The position numbers and the translations under genes are program-made. A DNA stretch of 64,000 bases, taken from the NCBI GenBank assembly GCA_032718475.1, contig JAUCBJ010003878.1, positions 1 through 64,000 on the forward strand. Direction: 5' to 3'. Shown here in pieces: positions 50,318 to 63,410 of the stretch. Every line of letters starts with the position of its first letter. Position 1 is the first letter of the stretch. Source of the stretch: Nemertoderma westbladi. Taxonomy: Eukaryota > Animalia > Xenacoelomorpha. A model generated the notes under the pieces. It saw nothing but the letters and a program-made list of their open reading frames with translations. It ran no database searches and was not told the origin of the DNA.

Positions 50318-53300
50318 ATGCCATACTACTGTACCCCCAGATGCCATACTACTGTACCCCCAGATGCCATACTACTGTACCTCCAGATGCCATACTAATG
50401 TACCCCCAGATGCCATACCGGTACTACTGTACCCCCAGATGCCATACTACTGTACCCCCAGATGCCATACTACTGTACCTCCAGATGCCATACTACTGTA
50501 CCCCCAGATGCCATACCGGTACTACTGTACCCCCAGATGCCATACCGGTACTACTGTACCCCCAGATGCCATACTACTGTACCCCCAGATGCCATACTAC
50601 TGTACCCCCAGATGCCATACTACTGTACCCCCAGATGCCATACTACTGTACCCCCAGATGCCATACTACTGTACCCCCAGATGCCATACTACTGTACCCC
50701 CAGATGCCATACTACTGTACCCCCAGATGCCATACTACTGTACCCCCAGATGCCATACTACTGTACCCCCAGATGCCATACTACTGTACCCCCAGATGCC
50801 ATACTAATGTACCCCCAGATGCCATACTACTGTACCCCCAGATGCCATACTACTGTACCCCCAGATGCCATACTACTGTACCCCCAGATGCCATACTACT
50901 GTACCCCCAGATGCCATACTACTGTACCCCCAGATGCCATACTACTGTACCCCCAGATGCCATACTACTGTACCTCCAGATGCCATACTAATGTACCCCC
51001 AGATGCCATACCGGTACTACTGTACCCCCAGATGCCATACTACTGTACCCCCAGATGCCATACTACTGTACCTCCAGATGCCATACTACTGTACCCCCAG
51101 ATGCCATACCGGTACTACTGTACCCCCAGATGCCATACCGGTACTACTGTACCCCCAGATGCCATACTACTGTACCCCCAGATGCCATACTACTGTACCC
51201 CCAGATGCCATACTACTGTACCCCCAGATGCCATACTACTGTACCCCCAGATGCCATACTACTGTACCCCCAGATGCCATACTACTGTACCCCCAGATGC
51301 CATACCGGTACTACTGTACCCCCAGATGCCATACCGGTACTACTGTACCCCCAGATGCCATACTACTGTACCCCCAGATGCCATACTACTGTACCCCCAG
51401 ATGCCATACTACTGTACCCCCAGATGCCATACTACTGTACCCCCAGATGCCATACTACTGTACCCCCAGATGCCATACTACTGTACCCCCAGATGCCATA
51501 CTACTGTACCCCCAGATGCCATACTACTGTACCTCCAGATGCCATACTAATGTACCCCCAGATGCCATACTACTGTACCTCCAGATGCCATACTAATGTA
51601 CCCCCAGATGCCATACTACTGTACCCCCAGATGCCATACTACTGTACCTCCAGATGCCATACTACTGTACCCCCAGATGCCATACCGGTACTACTGTACC
51701 CCCAGATGCCATACCGGTACTACTGTACCCCCAGATGCCATACTACTGTACCCCCAGATGCCATACTACTGTACCCCCAGATGCCATACTACTGTACCCC
51801 CAGATGCCATACTACTGTACCCCCAGCTGCCATACTACTGTACCCCCAGATGCCATACTACTGTACCCCCAGATGCCATACCGGTACTACTGTACCCCCA
51901 GATGCCATACCGGTACTACTGTACCCCCAGATGCCATACTACTGTACCCCCAGATGCCATACTACTGTACCCCCAGATGCCGTACTACTGTACCCCCAGA
52001 TGCCATACCGGTACTACTGTACCCCCAGATGCCATACCGGTACTACTGTACCCCCAGATGCCATACTACTGTACCCCCAGATGCCATACTACTGTACCCC
52101 CAGATGCCATACTACTGTACCCCCAGCTGCCATACTACTGTACCCCCAGATGCCATACTACTGTACCCCCAGATGCCATACTACTGTACCCCCAGATGCC
52201 GTACTACTGTACCCCCAGATGCCATACCGGTACTACTGTACCCCCAGATGCCATACCGGTACTACTGTACCTCCAGATGCCATACTACTGTACCCCCAGA
52301 TGCCATACCGGTACTACTGTACCCCCAGATGCCATACTACTGTACCCCCAGATGCCATACTACTGTACCCCCAGATGCCATACTACTGTACCTCCAGATG
52401 CCATACTACTGTACCCCCAGATGCCATACCGGTACTACTGTACCCCCAGATGCCATACTACTGTACCCCCAGATGCCATACTACTGTACCTCCAGATGCC
52501 ATACTACTGTACCCCCAGATGCCATACCGGTACTACTGTACCCCCAGATGCCATACTACTGTACCCCCAGATGCCATACTACTGTACCCCCAGATGCCAT
52601 ACTACTGTACCCCCAGATGCCGTACTACTGTACCCCCAGATGCCATACCGGTACTACTGTACCCCCAGATGCCATACCGGTACTACTGTACCCCCAGATG
52701 CCATACTACTGTACCTCCAGATGCCATACTACTGTACCCCCAGATGCCATACCGGTACTACTGTACCCCCAGATGCCATACTACTGTACCCCCAGATGCC
52801 ATACTACTGTACCCCCAGATGCCATACTACTGTACCCCCAGATGCCATACTACTGTACCCCCAGATGCCATACTACTGTACCTCCAGATGCCATACTAAT
52901 GTACCCCCAGATGCCATACCGGTACTACTGTACCCCCAGATGCCATACTACTGTACCCCCAGATGCCATACTACTGTACCCCCAGATGCCATACTACTGT
53001 ACCTCCAGATGCCATACTAATGTACCCCCAGATGCCATACCGGTACTACTGTACCCCCAGATGCCATACTACTGTACCCCCAGATGCCATACTACTGTAC
53101 CTCCAGATGCCATACTACTGTACCCCCAGATGCCATACCGGTACTACTGTACCCCCAGATGCCATACCGGTACTACTGTACCCCCAGATGCCATACTACT
53201 GTACCCCCAGATGCCATACTACTGTACCCCCAGATGCCATACTACTGTACCCCCAGATGCCATACTACTGTACCCCCAGATGCCATACTACTGTACCCCC

Positions 53301-54713
53301 AGATGCCGTACTACTGTACCCCCAGATGCCATACCGGTACTACTGTACCCCCAGATGCCATACCGGTACTACTGTACCCCCAGATGCCATACTACTGTAC
53401 CCCCAGATGCCATACCGGTACTACTGTACCCCCAGATGCCATACCGGTACTACTGTACCCCCAGATGCCATACTACTGTACCCCCAGATGCCATACTACT
53501 GTACCCCCAGATGCCATACTACTGTACCTCCAGATGCCATACTAATGTACCCCCAGATGCCATACCGGTACTACTGTACCCCCAGATGCCATACTACTGT
53601 ACCCCCAGATGCCATACTACTGTACCTCCAGATGCCATACTACTGTACCCCCAGATGCCATACCGGTACTACTGTACCCCCAGATGCCATACCGGTACTA
53701 CTGTACCCCCAGATGCCATACTACTGTACCCCCAGATGCCATACTACTGTACCCCCAGCTGCCATACTACTGTACCCCCAGATGCCATACTACTGTACCT
53801 CCAGATGCCATACTACTGTACCCCCAGATGCCATACCGGTACTACTGTACCCCCAGATGCCATACTACTGTACCCCCAGATGCCATACTACTGTACCTCC
53901 AGATGCCATACTAATGTACCCCCAGATGCCATACTACTGTACCTCCAGATGCCATACTACTGTACCCCCAGATGCCATACTACTGTACCTCCAGATGCCA
54001 TACTACTGTACCCCCAGATGCCATACCGGTACTACTGTACCCCCAGATGCCATACCGGTACTACTGTACCCCCAGATGCCATACTACTGTACCCCCAGAT
54101 GCCATACTACTGTACCCCCAGATGCCATACTACTGTACCCCCAGATGCCATACTACTGTACCCCCAGATGCCATACTACTGTACCCCCAGATGCCATACT
54201 ACTGTACCCCCAGATGCCATACTACTGTACCCCCAGATGCCATACTACTGTACCTCCAGATGCCATACTAATGTACCCCCAGATGCCATACCGGTACTAC
54301 TGTACCCCCAGATGCCATACTACTGTACCCCCAGATGCCATACTACTGTACCTCCAGATGCCATACTACTGTACCCCCAGATGCCATACCGGTACTACTG
54401 TACCCCCAGATGCCATACTACTGTACCCCCAGATGCCATACTACTGTACCTCCAGATGCCATACTACTGTACCCCCAGATGCCATACCGGTACTACTGTA
54501 CCCCCAGATGCCATACTACTGTACCCCCAGATGCCATACTACTGTACCCCCAGCTGCCATACTACTGTACCCCCAGCTGCCATACTACTGTACCCCCAGA
54601 TGCCATACTACTGTACCCCCAGCTGCCATACTACTGTACCCCCAGCTGCCATACTACTGTACCCCCAGATGCCATACTACTGTACCCCCAGATGCCATAC
54701 TACTGTACCCCCA
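50318..54713. repeat. About 4.4-kb minisatellite; 23-bp unit GATGCCATACTACTGTACCCCCA with a 29-bp variant (+CCGGTA)
   Basis: About 180 units directly visible; source of the MPYYCTPRCH pseudo-ORFs. Confidence 0.98.
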
Positions 54714-55154
54714 CCATTTTTTCCTACAAGTAATGTAATGCGAGAGGGAAACAGAGAACATTGGGTTGATTATTTTTCACGATCACCTTATAAATTAGAA
54801 TCCTAGAATAATTTTATTTGCTAAATTAGTCGTATTTGAGTTGACGATCGAAAAGAAACGTAAATTAGAAAGTAGGAAAAATCGAAAGCTTATTTATTAT
54901 TTATTGGGTGATGTCAACATTGGACGAGTGATATGCATAGCACTCATCTAAGGGGTTCGACTGGGGAGGCTTATGTTGGTATGGGTATTGGGCGTGGTTT
55001 GGGTTAATATGTATATTATTCACTAACAACTTCATTGATATTCTGAACACGTTCTAGAACGTTGTTGAGGCCTCGGGGAATGTATCCATAAAAGCTATTG
55101 ATAATCTTGCTGGAATGACGCAGAGTGAAATTAATGGATTTTTGAGCCCATTGG

Positions 55155-55523
55155 AATCATCCGCATCTTCAAGACCAGCAGTGTCCTTCAAGAGGCGTTT
55201 CAAGAAATTAATGGGCTGTCCACCATGCTTATTAACTCTATGCGGCTCTGATCACAATGTTGTAATGCACCTGCTGGTACTCACGGCGAAAGCAATATCC
55301 TGCAAAGGGGAGGCGGCTCCGTTCGAATGTTAAGCGGGGAGACCAATGATATACCTCCGATATTGTATACTGTAGAATCTGATTAGAGATGTGTTAATTG
55401 TAGCCTACGTCGAGTCACAATGAACCCGGCGTGGCATTCATATATAAGTGTCATCCAGAGATTTATGGTATCCTCTGCAGCGTGGACTCCCATATAGGAG
55501 TACTGGTTCTACTGCTGCCCTAA
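55155..55523 (-). mobile_element. Older, diverged copy of the same LINE family (3' region)
   Basis: ATCATCCGCATCTTCAAG...ATGGGCTGTCCACCATGCTTATT...CTCACGGCGAAAGCAAT...CACAATGAACCCGGCGT...GGAGTACTGG is colinear with 60596-60953, with many substitutions. Confidence 0.85.
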
Positions 55524-56214
55524 GTGAGAATGGATGGTTGTAAATAGCTTGAAGAATCTAAGACCACTACGAGGTATTGAGTACCGGTACCTGCTGCCAC
55601 ACAATACAATGTCGGGATGATTTTAGTGAAACTGTAAAAGAGTTCCAGAATGTAGTGCAATAAAATTAACACGATTGGTGGCCTTAAATAACTTAAAAGG
55701 CCCAATGACGTGTGAAATATAAAGAAACATTGATTTGGATTACACAAATTTACGAACGGTAAACTGTGTATAGCTGATCCAATAGGAATCGTCTGTTATT
55801 GCATTTTATCTTAGTATAGATACCTAACACAGATATGTCGTCGAATCGCCATCTGTATAACCCTAGTGTAAGACATGCCACTATGTACTACAGTTATCCC
55901 CCTCTCTCAGCTGTTTGCAAGAGTCTGACCCCTGCAAAATTATGCCACTGTGGAAGCGTTTAGTTCGCTCAGCTCCCACATAAGAGTCAGAGTTCGATTC
56001 CCAGTGATATATTTATAGGCCTACCGAATGATTCTCTGTACACATCCTGTAAGAGAGGAACCTTCTCGAATTCCACACATTATAATACTATAGTATACTA
56101 TTATTTATTAAATATTGATCTACCTGAGTTATTGAATCAGCGAGGTACTTATTTAACGTATATCCTTTACCCCTGGGCGCTAGCCACATGCACAACTCAT
56201 TAGGAATCCCGCTG

Positions 56215-56222
56215 TGACGTCA
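56215..56222. promoter_or_regulatory. CRE palindrome TGACGTCA about 150 bp upstream of the MINPP1 ATG
   Basis: Perfect CRE within GTGACGTCAC; position is compatible with a proximal promoter. Confidence 0.35.
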
Positions 56223-56367
56223 CACGAAACTCGAACACAGTTAAACTTGATGATTTAAACATGCTTCAAATTACCAACTCACGGATATTGACTTATAAAA
56301 CGCAAGTGCGACAAATTTAATAATTATTTCTTGCTGGAAAATTGGAAAAAATTTAGTTTAAATTAAG

Positions 56368-57097
56368 ATGTTATTTTTTCCAGAAACACCGTTTATTCTT
56401 TTCTTTTACTTTTCAGTTATTTCCACAGAAGGTGATAAATCGTACGCGAAAGATAAATTCGCGACTCACACTGCGTATCGCAACGTTGTACATGGCCACG
56501 GCCCCGGTCTGTCCTACTACAGGGACCACGCCGGTTGCCAGGCTAAACACGTCGCTATGGTAGCACGACACGGTTCACGGTACCCGGACAGAGATTACTA
56601 CACAGACGTTGAAACCTTAACAACCAAATTACTTCGCGTTTCTCCGAATATAAAACCGGAATTCCGGGATTTAAAGAGCTCGTTTCGGTCTAAGCGGAGT
56701 AAATCCCTCGCCCCGGAAGGAATTGAGGAGCTACAAAGTCTAGCCAATCACGTTAGAGGGAATTTCTCAGACCTTCTAGCCAACACGAAAGAAGATGAGT
56801 TGATATTCGAATCGAGCAACAAGTCGCGGTCTATAAGAAGTGCCGAGGCATTCTTCCGCAATCTGACCGGTGGTTCCGATAATATTTCGCGTATAAAAGT
56901 TTACTCCGCCAGAGAGGATAAATTCATGCGGTTCTATGATATCTGTCGGCGGTATATTCGCAAGGTAGACAGCGTTCTACAGGAGGAGATTGTAGAATTC
57001 GATCATAGTGTTTATATGCGGGAGGTTGCCGATAAGGTCATGGGAAGGTTACATGTAGATGAGTCATACGGACAGCTCATCGCATCTCTAACACCAG
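56368..57097 (+). CDS. MINPP1: Multiple inositol polyphosphate phosphatase (histidine acid phosphatase), coding exon 1
   Basis: Hydrophobic N-terminus (signal peptide-like, although a TTTTCAG acceptor at 56416 is an alternative start of the exon), RHGSRYP catalytic motif, RSIRSAEAF, MRFYDIC; GTGGGT donor at 57098. Confidence 0.88.
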
Positions 57098-57453
57098 GTG
57101 GGTGTCGACAATAACGCTAGTATTTGAAACGATTTTCTCTTTTCTCTTGGAGAGGGATGAATTTTTTTATTGCGTCGAAAGTACCCCCTATCTGCAATTT
57201 TTGGGATATTTACGATCTGTTCAAGTCATAATTGTTTGCAAAATACTTATTGATTGATGATGGCCCTGTAAGTATAGGGCCATCATAAGTACCTATTAGT
57301 GTAATAATTAGTGGGGGTGTAGGAAATAATTTATTTTTTTTTTCAAATAAATATTTTATGGTAAACAAAAAGTTTAATAATAATATAGACCCAGCTTAAT
57401 AACCCATAAAAATCCCAACTACTTAGGCCTAATTTGTAATTGTTTATTAATAG

Positions 57454-57673
57454 GAGATTTACACACAATTTATCAGTCATGTGGATATGAGATCGCAATG
57501 CATGGGAATCATACCAACTGGTGCAGCTTATTGGATGGTTCAGATCTCAAAGTTCTAGAATATTCTGACGATGTGTGGCACTATTGGAGGAAATCCTATG
57601 GTAACAAGCTCAACTATCAAGTCGCCTGTAAATTGGTCTCTCAAATATTTGGACGTATGGATGAGGCGATAAG
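57454..57673 (+). CDS. MINPP1: MINPP1 coding exon 2
   Basis: TAATAG acceptor; DLHTIYQSCGYEIA...WCSLLDGSDLKVLEYSDDVWHYWRKSYGNKLNYQVAC, similar to MINPP1 VLEYLNDLKQYWKRGYG; GTAAAG donor at 57674. Confidence 0.92.
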
Positions 57674-57915
57674 GTAAAGTGTGAACGCATAAAGTTGTTA
57701 TGGGAACAATTGAAACTGAAAGTAGTCAAATCAGGCCCTAGTTTCATACGTTAAACTTTCCATGATAGGCAGGAAAGAAACAAATAGTTCAAAAAAAGCT
57801 TAATTCATATAAATAATTTGAATTCTCCACACATTAATGTGCTTGTCAACTTATAACGATAAATTTTTTATAACGACGAGTTTTTTAAACTACATTAATT
57901 ATATTTTTTTTATAG

Positions 57916-58315
57916 CAATAATCACCCGGTTGGAGTGTTCCAATTCGGTCACGCTGCCACCACTCTTGTCCCATTGGTCACCCTGTTAGACCTGTTCTAC
58001 CAATCAGCTCCATTGACGGCGGCCAACTTCCCCCAACTTGGAACCAACAGGTCTCTGGTCTCTAGCGAACTCTACCCGTTTGCTGCCAATCTAATCTTCA
58101 TCTTGTACGAGTGTGCCTCAATGACCCAGGAGAGAGGGCCTAACTACAGTCTGGCTGTGGCCATAAACGAACGACTTATACACTGGCCAATAGAGAGCTG
58201 TCATGGTGACTACATGTGTCCTTATGAAACTGTTAAAAGCCGATACAAAGACGTAATTGGTTCCTGTGATTTTAAAGAATTATGTAATATTGGTAGTCGG
58301 CGGTCTGAATTATAA
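57916..58315 (+). CDS. MINPP1: MINPP1 terminal coding exon (protein about 449 aa, C-terminal RSEL)
   Basis: TTTATAG acceptor; VFQFGHAATTLVPL...PFAANLIFILYEC...INE...CPY...RRSEL*; KDEL-like ER retention signal. Confidence 0.92.
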
Positions 58316-60061
58316 TTATTTACGGTAGCGGTGCGCCAATGGCAGACTCTTTGCAATTAATAATTAATAAATGAATTGTTTGATATTAGGATGCGGCTTC
58401 GTGTGATATTGACTTCTGAACGTTTTAATTTGGCGAATATTAAATTTCTTTAATTAATCACCATTAAAGGTAAAGCAAAGGTACAGTTCACATTGGTGCG
58501 ATCTTCTTATGAAAATAAATGTAACAAAATAAAATTTATACTTATTTTAGGTACACTGATTACAGTATTTTTTAATCATACGTACTAAAGTTTGCAATAT
58601 CAAAATTGTCCTAGCTGCGCCCCAATTTGAAATACGCACGTCGGTGCTTATTTAGTAATACCAGTACTATTCCATTCAGAAAGCGTTAGGAATTGTACCT
58701 AAACATGTCCTCAGTTGTAATAATAGGGCAATATGGAACGTCCTGGAATTGTTTTTGTGTAATTTATTTGTGTAAAGTTCCCGTTGTACCAGTCATACTA
58801 TGCAGTTATTGTTATTCTTCATGTTTATTGAGGTTTGATAATATTGTGGGTTTCTTTGGGAATGGCTGTAGCTGAGATGCAGGATTTTTAAAGTTGTATG
58901 TTTTATCAGGCCACTCAAATATTATTAGAGAAATCTAAGCCGAAATGCAAACTGAAATCATGGCCAAAATACAATTAGCATTTATACGACTTTCCTTTAT
59001 AAGTTTTTTCATTCAAATAAATTACATATAACTAAAATGTATTTATTGTATTTCTACTATAATGTACCGGTACATCGCATTTAACTACCAATGTAAATAA
59101 ATCCACATCATTACCTATTGTATGCATTCAAATTAAAGCAATATAACAGTTACAAATACAACATTTAAAATGAACCAATCAGAGACCATACATCATCTCT
59201 GCATTTGGGTTGTCAACCCAACGAAACTATAATCAAAAGCATATAATTCTATTGGTCGTTAAGGCTAAAGGATTTAGGAGGTTATAGTATGGTTCCTACT
59301 TTTCCATATTTGGCAGTTGCATTTGGAAGGAAAACAAGGTTTAATGTTAAGTTATTATTGTGTCAGAAATGTGTCTGCACTGTGTTAGTAGGCAAATAGG
59401 CGAATAATTTACAATTGATAGTTTTAACTGATTGACCGTACGCCTTTTCCGTTGTTATGGTGAAAAGATAGAAAAATCACCTTAATGTAGTCTCAATATG
59501 TTTTATGTATGTCACGTATAATATTTTATTATTGGTGTTATGTGTGAATGAGAAAAAAACCGTATAATATTGTTTTTTTCTTACTTATCTTTGTTTTCTG
59601 TATTTCGTTGGGTATGTTTCTGTTTATTTTATTTCATGTTTTTTAGGTAATGTTTATTTTATTTTATTTTATATTTATTTAATAATAAATAATACGCTGA
59701 AATAGGAAACGTAGTCTATGGTTGGATAAATTCATCTATAGATAGACCTTATTGATTCTTGTTTAAATAATCGGAAAGACATTAGAAGACCCCTAATACA
59801 ACATTTACAGATGGACTTATTAATAGTGACAGATTTTCCGACAGCGTAATAATTTATATTATGATTATAGGCATTACTTCATATTGCTATTTAGCCATCC
59901 ATAACCATCCAAGATATAGACATCCTGACATCATAATAGTCTAATAACCTCAGAAAGTGGCGCAAGAATTTGGTCGCAAGTGAATAACCTGCCGAAATGA
60001 TATTCGATGTAACTTGACTTTTTTCCTTTGATAAATTAACTTTACATATTTATAACGAAAT

Positions 60062-60333
60062 ATGTCGGCTGATACGTCGGTAACATTGTACCCTGTCGGA
60101 AGCGGTGTTTCCATGCCGACAATTGGGTCGACATCAATCCATTCGCATTACAAAACGCTACAAAAAATTATTGATTCGGACAGTAAAAAGTTAACTTTAC
60201 ATAGTCACCGGAAAAAGAACTACAATAATTACGTGAAGAAGATATCCAGCGATATTGCTTTCGATATGTCTGTAGTTCGTGAAAGGAGTAAGGAGAAGTT
60301 ACCTTACTTGGCATCCCGCAATGAGGCGTCACA
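60062..60333 (+). CDS. Candidate first coding exon of an unidentified gene
   Basis: GC-elevated 90-codon frame from ATG 60062 (MSADTSVTLYPVGSG...RERSKEKLPYLASRNEAS) ending at a consensus GTAAGT donor (60334); no downstream exon identified. Confidence 0.3.
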
Positions 60334-60473
60334 GTAAGTTAAAGCGGTATCATATATTACAGGCATAAATAAGTAATATAGATAAGTAATGTAATATTAT
60401 CACACGTTACGCATTACAAATTACATTATACTGAACGTACAGTAAGTTATGTATAATATGCACTCATAGAAAT

Positions 60474-61830
60474 TACTACTACTACTACTAGGATCGCCGG
60501 CATGCTGCATTGCAGCTGCATTTTTAAGAATGCTGTGCCGTCTTGTCGACAAAATTGCCCCGCCACAACTCCCTATCACCCATGAAATTTGCTAGATCAT
60601 CCGCATCTTCAAGGCCAGTGTCCTTTAAGATGCGTCTCAAGAAAGTCATGGGCTGTCCACCATGCTTATTCACTCCATGAGGCTGCCAAAGTACAAGATT
60701 ATGCACTGGCTGGTCCTCACGGCGAAAGCAATGTCCTGCAAAGCGGAGGCGATTTTGTTCTAGTGTCAAGCTTGGGGGAACCAATGAGACACCTCCAATG
60801 TTATATAGTGTTTGGTTGGAGATGTGTGCATTGTACTTGACACAATGAACCCGGCGTAGCATTCTTGTGAATGTGCCATCCAGAGATTTGGTGTCCTCAG
60901 CAGTAGAGCCCAGCATGGACTCTCATAGAGGAGTACTGGAACTACTGTTGCTCTAAATAATCGGACCTTAAGTTTCCGATTAATTCTCGGTGACTTCCAA
61001 ATCCTGGAAAGCCTATTCAAGGCTGCCCATGCCTTTCCCTTACGTATTCGAAGGTCCTCACCTGACTTCCGGATCCATGATCCCAGGTAACAGAAGTCGT
61101 CCACATGCTCAAGCATACCATCCTTTGAGCTTATGCTCATCCGATCAGAGACTTGCTGAGGACTTTCAAAGTTAACTGTCAAAATTTTGGTCTTTCTGGA
61201 ATTAATAAAAAGACCAACACTAGAAGCAGCATGTTCTAATGAGCTGAGGAGCCGTTGGGCTCCCTCTAGTGATTCTGAGAGTACTCCTAAGTCACCAGCA
61301 AAGTCTAGATCAGTTAGGTACTTGGCAGGATTTCCTCGACTTCTGGAGCCAGTAGGTGGAGTTATCATCACCCCATCATCATTATGATGATCTAAGGACA
61401 TACGTAGAACATAGTCAACCACAATTATGAACAAGAATGGTGCAAGTGTGTCTCCCTGGAGGACGCCCCATAACACTTCAAATGGTTCTGTGTCACCGTC
61501 AACAGTAGACACAAATGTTGTCGAACCATCGTACACTGATCTGATTGCTGCAATAATTTCATCAGGAATCCCATATAATGAAAGTATGCTGAACATACTG
61601 CACGTGAGCGATAGAATGAATCAAAGGCCTTGAAGAAGTCTACAAAGATAACAGCCAGATGCCTGTCTTTCTTTTTTGATAACTCTTCAATTATCCTTCT
61701 AAGTGCCAAAATGGGCTCCATGGTCCCACGACCTTTACGGAACCCATTCTGATTTCCACGGAGCAGTCTCTCAATGGGATCACTGATGCGATTTAATATA
61801 TTTCTATTGTATAGCTTTGCAGCAATGCAA
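60474..61830 (-). mobile_element. 5'-truncated, frameshifted RTE-like non-LTR retrotransposon (RT domain to 3' tail)
   Basis: CIAAKLYN...QNGFRKGR...FVDFFKAFDS...GVLQGDTLAPFLF...DLDFAGD (FADD mutated)...FCYLGS...RLRFAGHCFR across three frames; ends in (TAG)n on the element strand. Confidence 0.93.
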
Positions 61831-61959
61831 TCGAGATCAATAAGATTCCCCGAAAAGAACCATATAAATTAGTGTACATTTGTTATTAAACTTTTATGTC
61901 TCCACAACATTTGCCATTTGCAATACCTCCCACTTGTATTGTAAGTACGGTGGGCTACC

Positions 61960-63410
61960 CAAAAATGTACCACCTACATCTACACCAAGTATTGGCTGTA
62001 CCACCTACTGTACAAGTGTTGGCAGTACACCTCTGCATGTCTTGGCAGTACCTCAGAGAAGTGTTGGCAGTAACACCTACATTTACAACAAGTGTCAGTA
62101 GTACCACCCACAAGTATTGGCAGTACCACCGATAAGTATTGGCAGTACCACCTACAAGTGTTGGCAGTGCCACCTACTAATGTTGGCAGTACCACCGATA
62201 AATGTTGGCAGTACCACCTACAAGTGTTGGCAGTGCCACCCATAAGTGTTGGCAGTACCACCTACAAGTGTTGGCAGTGCCACCCTGAAGTGTTGGTAGT
62301 ACCACCGAGAAGTGTTGGCATAACCACCTACATTTACAACAAGTGTCAGTATAGTACCACCCACAAGTGTTAGCAGTACCACCAAGAAGTGTTGGCAGTA
62401 CCACCTACAAGTGTTGGCAGTGCCATCCACAAGTGTTGGCAGTACCACCTACAAGTGTTGGCAGTGCCACCCATAAGTGTTGGCAGTACCACCTACAAGT
62501 GTTGGCAGTGCCACCCTGAAGTGTTGGTAGTACCACCGAGAAGTGTTGGCATTACCATCTACATTTACAACAAGTGCCAGTATAGTACCACCCACAAGTG
62601 TTGGCAGTACCACCGAGAAGTGTTGGCAGTACCACCTACAAGTGTTGGCAGTGCCACCCAGAAGTGTTGGTAGTACCACCGAGAAGTGTTGGCAGTACCA
62701 CCTAGATTTACAACAAGTGTCAGTAGTACCACCCACAAGTGTTGGCAGTACCACCGAGAAGTGTTGGCAGTACCACCTACAAGTGTTGGCAGTGCCACCC
62801 AGAAGTGTTGGCAGTACCACCAAGAAGTGTTGGCAGTACCACCTACAAGTGTTGGCAGTGCCACCCACAAGTGTTGGAAGTACCACCTACAAGTGTTGGC
62901 AGTGCCACCCATAAGTGTTGGCAGTACCACCTACATGTGTTGGCAGTGCAACCCTGAAGTGTTGGTAGTACCACCGAGAAGTGTTGGCATTACCACCTAC
63001 ATTTACAACAAGTGCCAGTAGTACCACCCACAAGTGTTGGCAGTACCACCGAGAAGTGTTGGCAGTACCACCTACAAGTGTTGGCAGTGCCACCCAGAAG
63101 TGTTTTTAGTACCACCGAGAAGTGTTCGCAGTACCACCTACATTTACAACAAGTGTCAGTAGTACCACTCACAAGTGTTGGCAGTACCACCGAGAAGTGT
63201 TGACAGTACCACCTACAAGTGTTGGCAGTACCACCCACAAGTGTTGGCAGTGCCACCGAGAAGTATTGGCAATACCACCTACAAGTGTTGGCAGTGCCAC
63301 ATACTAATGTTTGCAGTACCACCTACAAGTGTTGGTAGAACCACGCACTAGTGTTGGCAGTACAACCTACCGAATGGCCAGTACCACCTACAAGTGTTGG
63401 CAGTACACTT
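61960..63410. repeat. 22-bp minisatellite AAGTGTTGGCAGT(A/G)CCACC(TAC/GAG/CAC) with higher-order structure
   Basis: About 60 diverged units, periodically interrupted by CATTTACAACAAGTG(T/C)CAGTAGTACC. Confidence 0.95.

Noticed and set aside
50265-54806. ORFs up to 1050 aa (MPYYCTPRCHTTVPPDAILLYPQ)
   Set aside because: A 23-bp unit read through all three frames; satellite artefact.
55945-56005. tRNA-like segment with GTTCGATTCCC (similar A-box-like piece at about 21672-21686 on the minus strand)
   Set aside because: No complete cloverleaf could be folded; at most decayed SINE heads, so not called as tRNA genes.
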